The notes under the pieces are model-generated. The model worked only from the letters and a program-made list of their open reading frames with translations, had not been told where the DNA came from and ran no database searches. 64,000 bases of DNA from Lepidodermella squamata (lineage: Eukaryota > Animalia > Gastrotricha): contig JBLDXI010000001.1 of assembly GCA_047495785.1 (NCBI GenBank), positions 1,426,001 to 1,490,000 of the forward strand. The letters run 5' to 3'. A program made the position numbers and the translations under genes. This document shows positions 61,997 to 64,000 of the stretch, piece by piece. How positions within the stretch are numbered: the first letter of the stretch is position 1; each line of letters begins with the position of its first letter.

Positions 61997-62876
61997 TATG
62001 AGGGCTACCAACATCCAAGGTTAAAGCTTCGAGTTTCGAGTGTACCTACATTCAAGCTGGCTGGTATCAACTAGAAAAATAATTTTCGTCTCAAACTCGT
62101 GTGCCGAGAATCCCAAGGAATTGCAAATCATGCTGGAAGTTTGTTAAAACGTCGAGTCCACGGTTGCAAGCGATCCTCGTTTGAGTCGGCGCGGCTCCCT
62201 GTTTCGCTCGCCCCTTTATCTCCGCGGGTCGCCCGAAAAATACTTTAAAAAAATACCGCCAAAATAATTTTCAAATTTATGGAATTTGTATTATAAACAT
62301 TTATAATATTTAAATTATTAATTTTTTGAATTAAATGTGGAAATAGCTTCCTCACGGATCAGCCCTGAGCGCTTATAGAGCGAAATACAAAACGGCAGGG
62401 GGGGTACCTTCATTTTTAGAAAATCATGGAAAAATGTCCTTTGCGCGGCAACCCAAAAGTACAAGTTACCTGAGGAATTTTCCCAATTAACTTATACCAT
62501 TAGATAGCTGAGATCATTAGCTAGCTGATGGTATAATTTTTTCTCGATATATCTCATTCCAAGGTCCTGGTCCTCGATCCCAAAGTTGGGTCATTTTTGG
62601 CGAAAAAATTTATACCTGGCCCAAGTGTATATATAGGGGGCAAACGGTGTGCCTCTTTTCTTTCATCCTGGGCTATGTCCCTTTCGCCGCTGTCCTTTCC
62701 AGACCCTCTCCATTCTTCGGAGGGCACTACCGTGCCCCCACAATATTGAAGCGATATTGTTTAAACGAATTAGATATTTGATCTTGCATCCATTCGATGT
62801 TACCATCGGTAATAAAAAGAATTGCCATCACGGTAAACATTGTATTGAGGATTTGAAACGTTTTCAATTTTACTCT

Positions 62877-64000
62877 ATGATGCAGAAGTCTCCTTATGAG
62901 CTTCATTTCGCTCTCAACGACGCTGCTGATGTTGTAATCACGCAAGTCCGTGTTCAAGTATTTCTGGTAATAAATATCCTTATGCTGTTTGCTCGATTCA
63001 ATTAGGATAAGCCATGCAATATTTCTGTTGCACTATACGAGGCATTTTGCTCCACTGAACGATCTCCTGTTGCTCGGCTCGTCGAATATTTTGCATCGTT
63101 AAATCACCTTTACCATGAGTTTATGAAGGCAGGAAAGCTTGGGTTTGCAGAAGAAGTTTTGCTTGTGGACCGGGACATTATAAGTACTGCGATCGACCGC
63201 GTAGCCGGTAGTTGCGCGAACCAATGTGCCGGAAGATGTCTTTTGTATGAATTAGCCACATATTTTCGGCATTTGATGCGAAAAGGCACTTTAAGCTCCG
63301 AATCTTGTCTGCTGATTGAGCAATTCTTGGTTTCTTGCTCTGAATGTCTTCTGAACATTGCTTGTTATCCGAGTTTGATGAAAGTGTACAGATTTGCAAC
63401 TGAAGCTGCTAAATCGTCCCATTGGGCTTGTTTTACGCGGCAAAACGATATTTTCATTTCATTCCTATCGAACGCACCCACCGTGTTAACCCGAATTTCG
63501 CAAATGCTCAGCCTTAGTTCTTGTTTCGCAGGTCGATTCCAGGACAACACCACTGGGACAGATGCAATTATCCGCTCTCATTTTCCGTTGTTTCGCAGCT
63601 TCACTCTGCTTTATTTACAATCGGCTGTTTCCGTGGTTTGTCCGCCAACGGTAAACTTCCGTAAATTTGAATGTGGAAGCTTATGAAACGTATTTTTAGC
63701 GGAACACTCTGCCTTATGATACAGTCTCGTTGATGAAGTCGTTTTTCAACGGGGGATTTTCGAGCCATTGCTTTTCATGTGCTTTGTCGCAAGTGTTTTT
63801 CGAACAAGACGACCAGCATGTTGAGTTACTGCTCTTATCCCTGAAGTGGTCGGCTTTGGTTGAAAAGTTAGTTTCTGAGTATAATGCGTAATATTTATTT
63901 CTTGATTATGTCAACACTTGAAGGGAACCCGATGGACTCAGCCCAGTCGATAGTCATTTGCTCTTCAACCGATTTCTTTCCGAAATTTCCTATGATCCTG
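62877..64000 (+). CDS. LINS1: Protein Lines homolog (3' end outside the window; start uncertain)
   Basis: Spliced helical ORF; FFEQDDQHVELLLLSL (from ~63800) and HLLFNRFLSEISYDP (to 64000) resemble the Lines EQDD and ISYD motifs. Confidence 0.65.

Noticed and set aside
62380-62640. Hairpin ATACCATTAGATAGCT..AGCTAGCTGATGGTAT suggesting another MITE
   Set aside because: Termini and TSD could not be defined

Overview
This is eukaryotic (animal) genomic DNA from a compact genome with many ~47-60 nt GT-AG introns, so the ORF track splits most genes; the gene models below were assembled by hand from splice sites. The organism is probably a small invertebrate (inference only). The window has three parts. 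(1) 1-42 kb: a cluster in which six secreted, membrane or Ca2+-handling families each occur as a pair: two cadherin-repeat single-pass proteins with PPPY tails, two CAP/SCP proteins (Sushi-CAP and CAP-CAP), two tiny two-EF-hand proteins, two secreted Gly/Pro/Phe/Asp-rich disordered proteins, two Gly/Asn-rich proteins with a divergent Kunitz domain, and two divergently oriented, intron-poor PMCA-type Ca2+ pumps. Both pumps lack the canonical calmodulin-binding tail and share a different tail motif and Cys-bearing extracellular loops. This is the best candidate for an undescribed system, such as a Ca2+-driven secreted matrix, adhesive or mineral module. (2) 42.5-55.2 kb: five tightly packed, co-oriented housekeeping genes (WWE-PARP2-like, CMC2, mRpL3, Mps1/TTK, MSH6) with operon / trans-splicing-like junctions, and a MULE-Ulp1 transposon relic inside an MSH6 intron. 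(3) 55.8-64 kb: non-autonomous DNA transposons and a Lines (LINS1)-like gene running off the window. MITEs (Tc1/mariner/pogo-type with TA TSDs; CMC-type with 2-bp TSDs) and a tRNA-derived SINE are scattered throughout. All family assignments come from motif recognition, not database searches.
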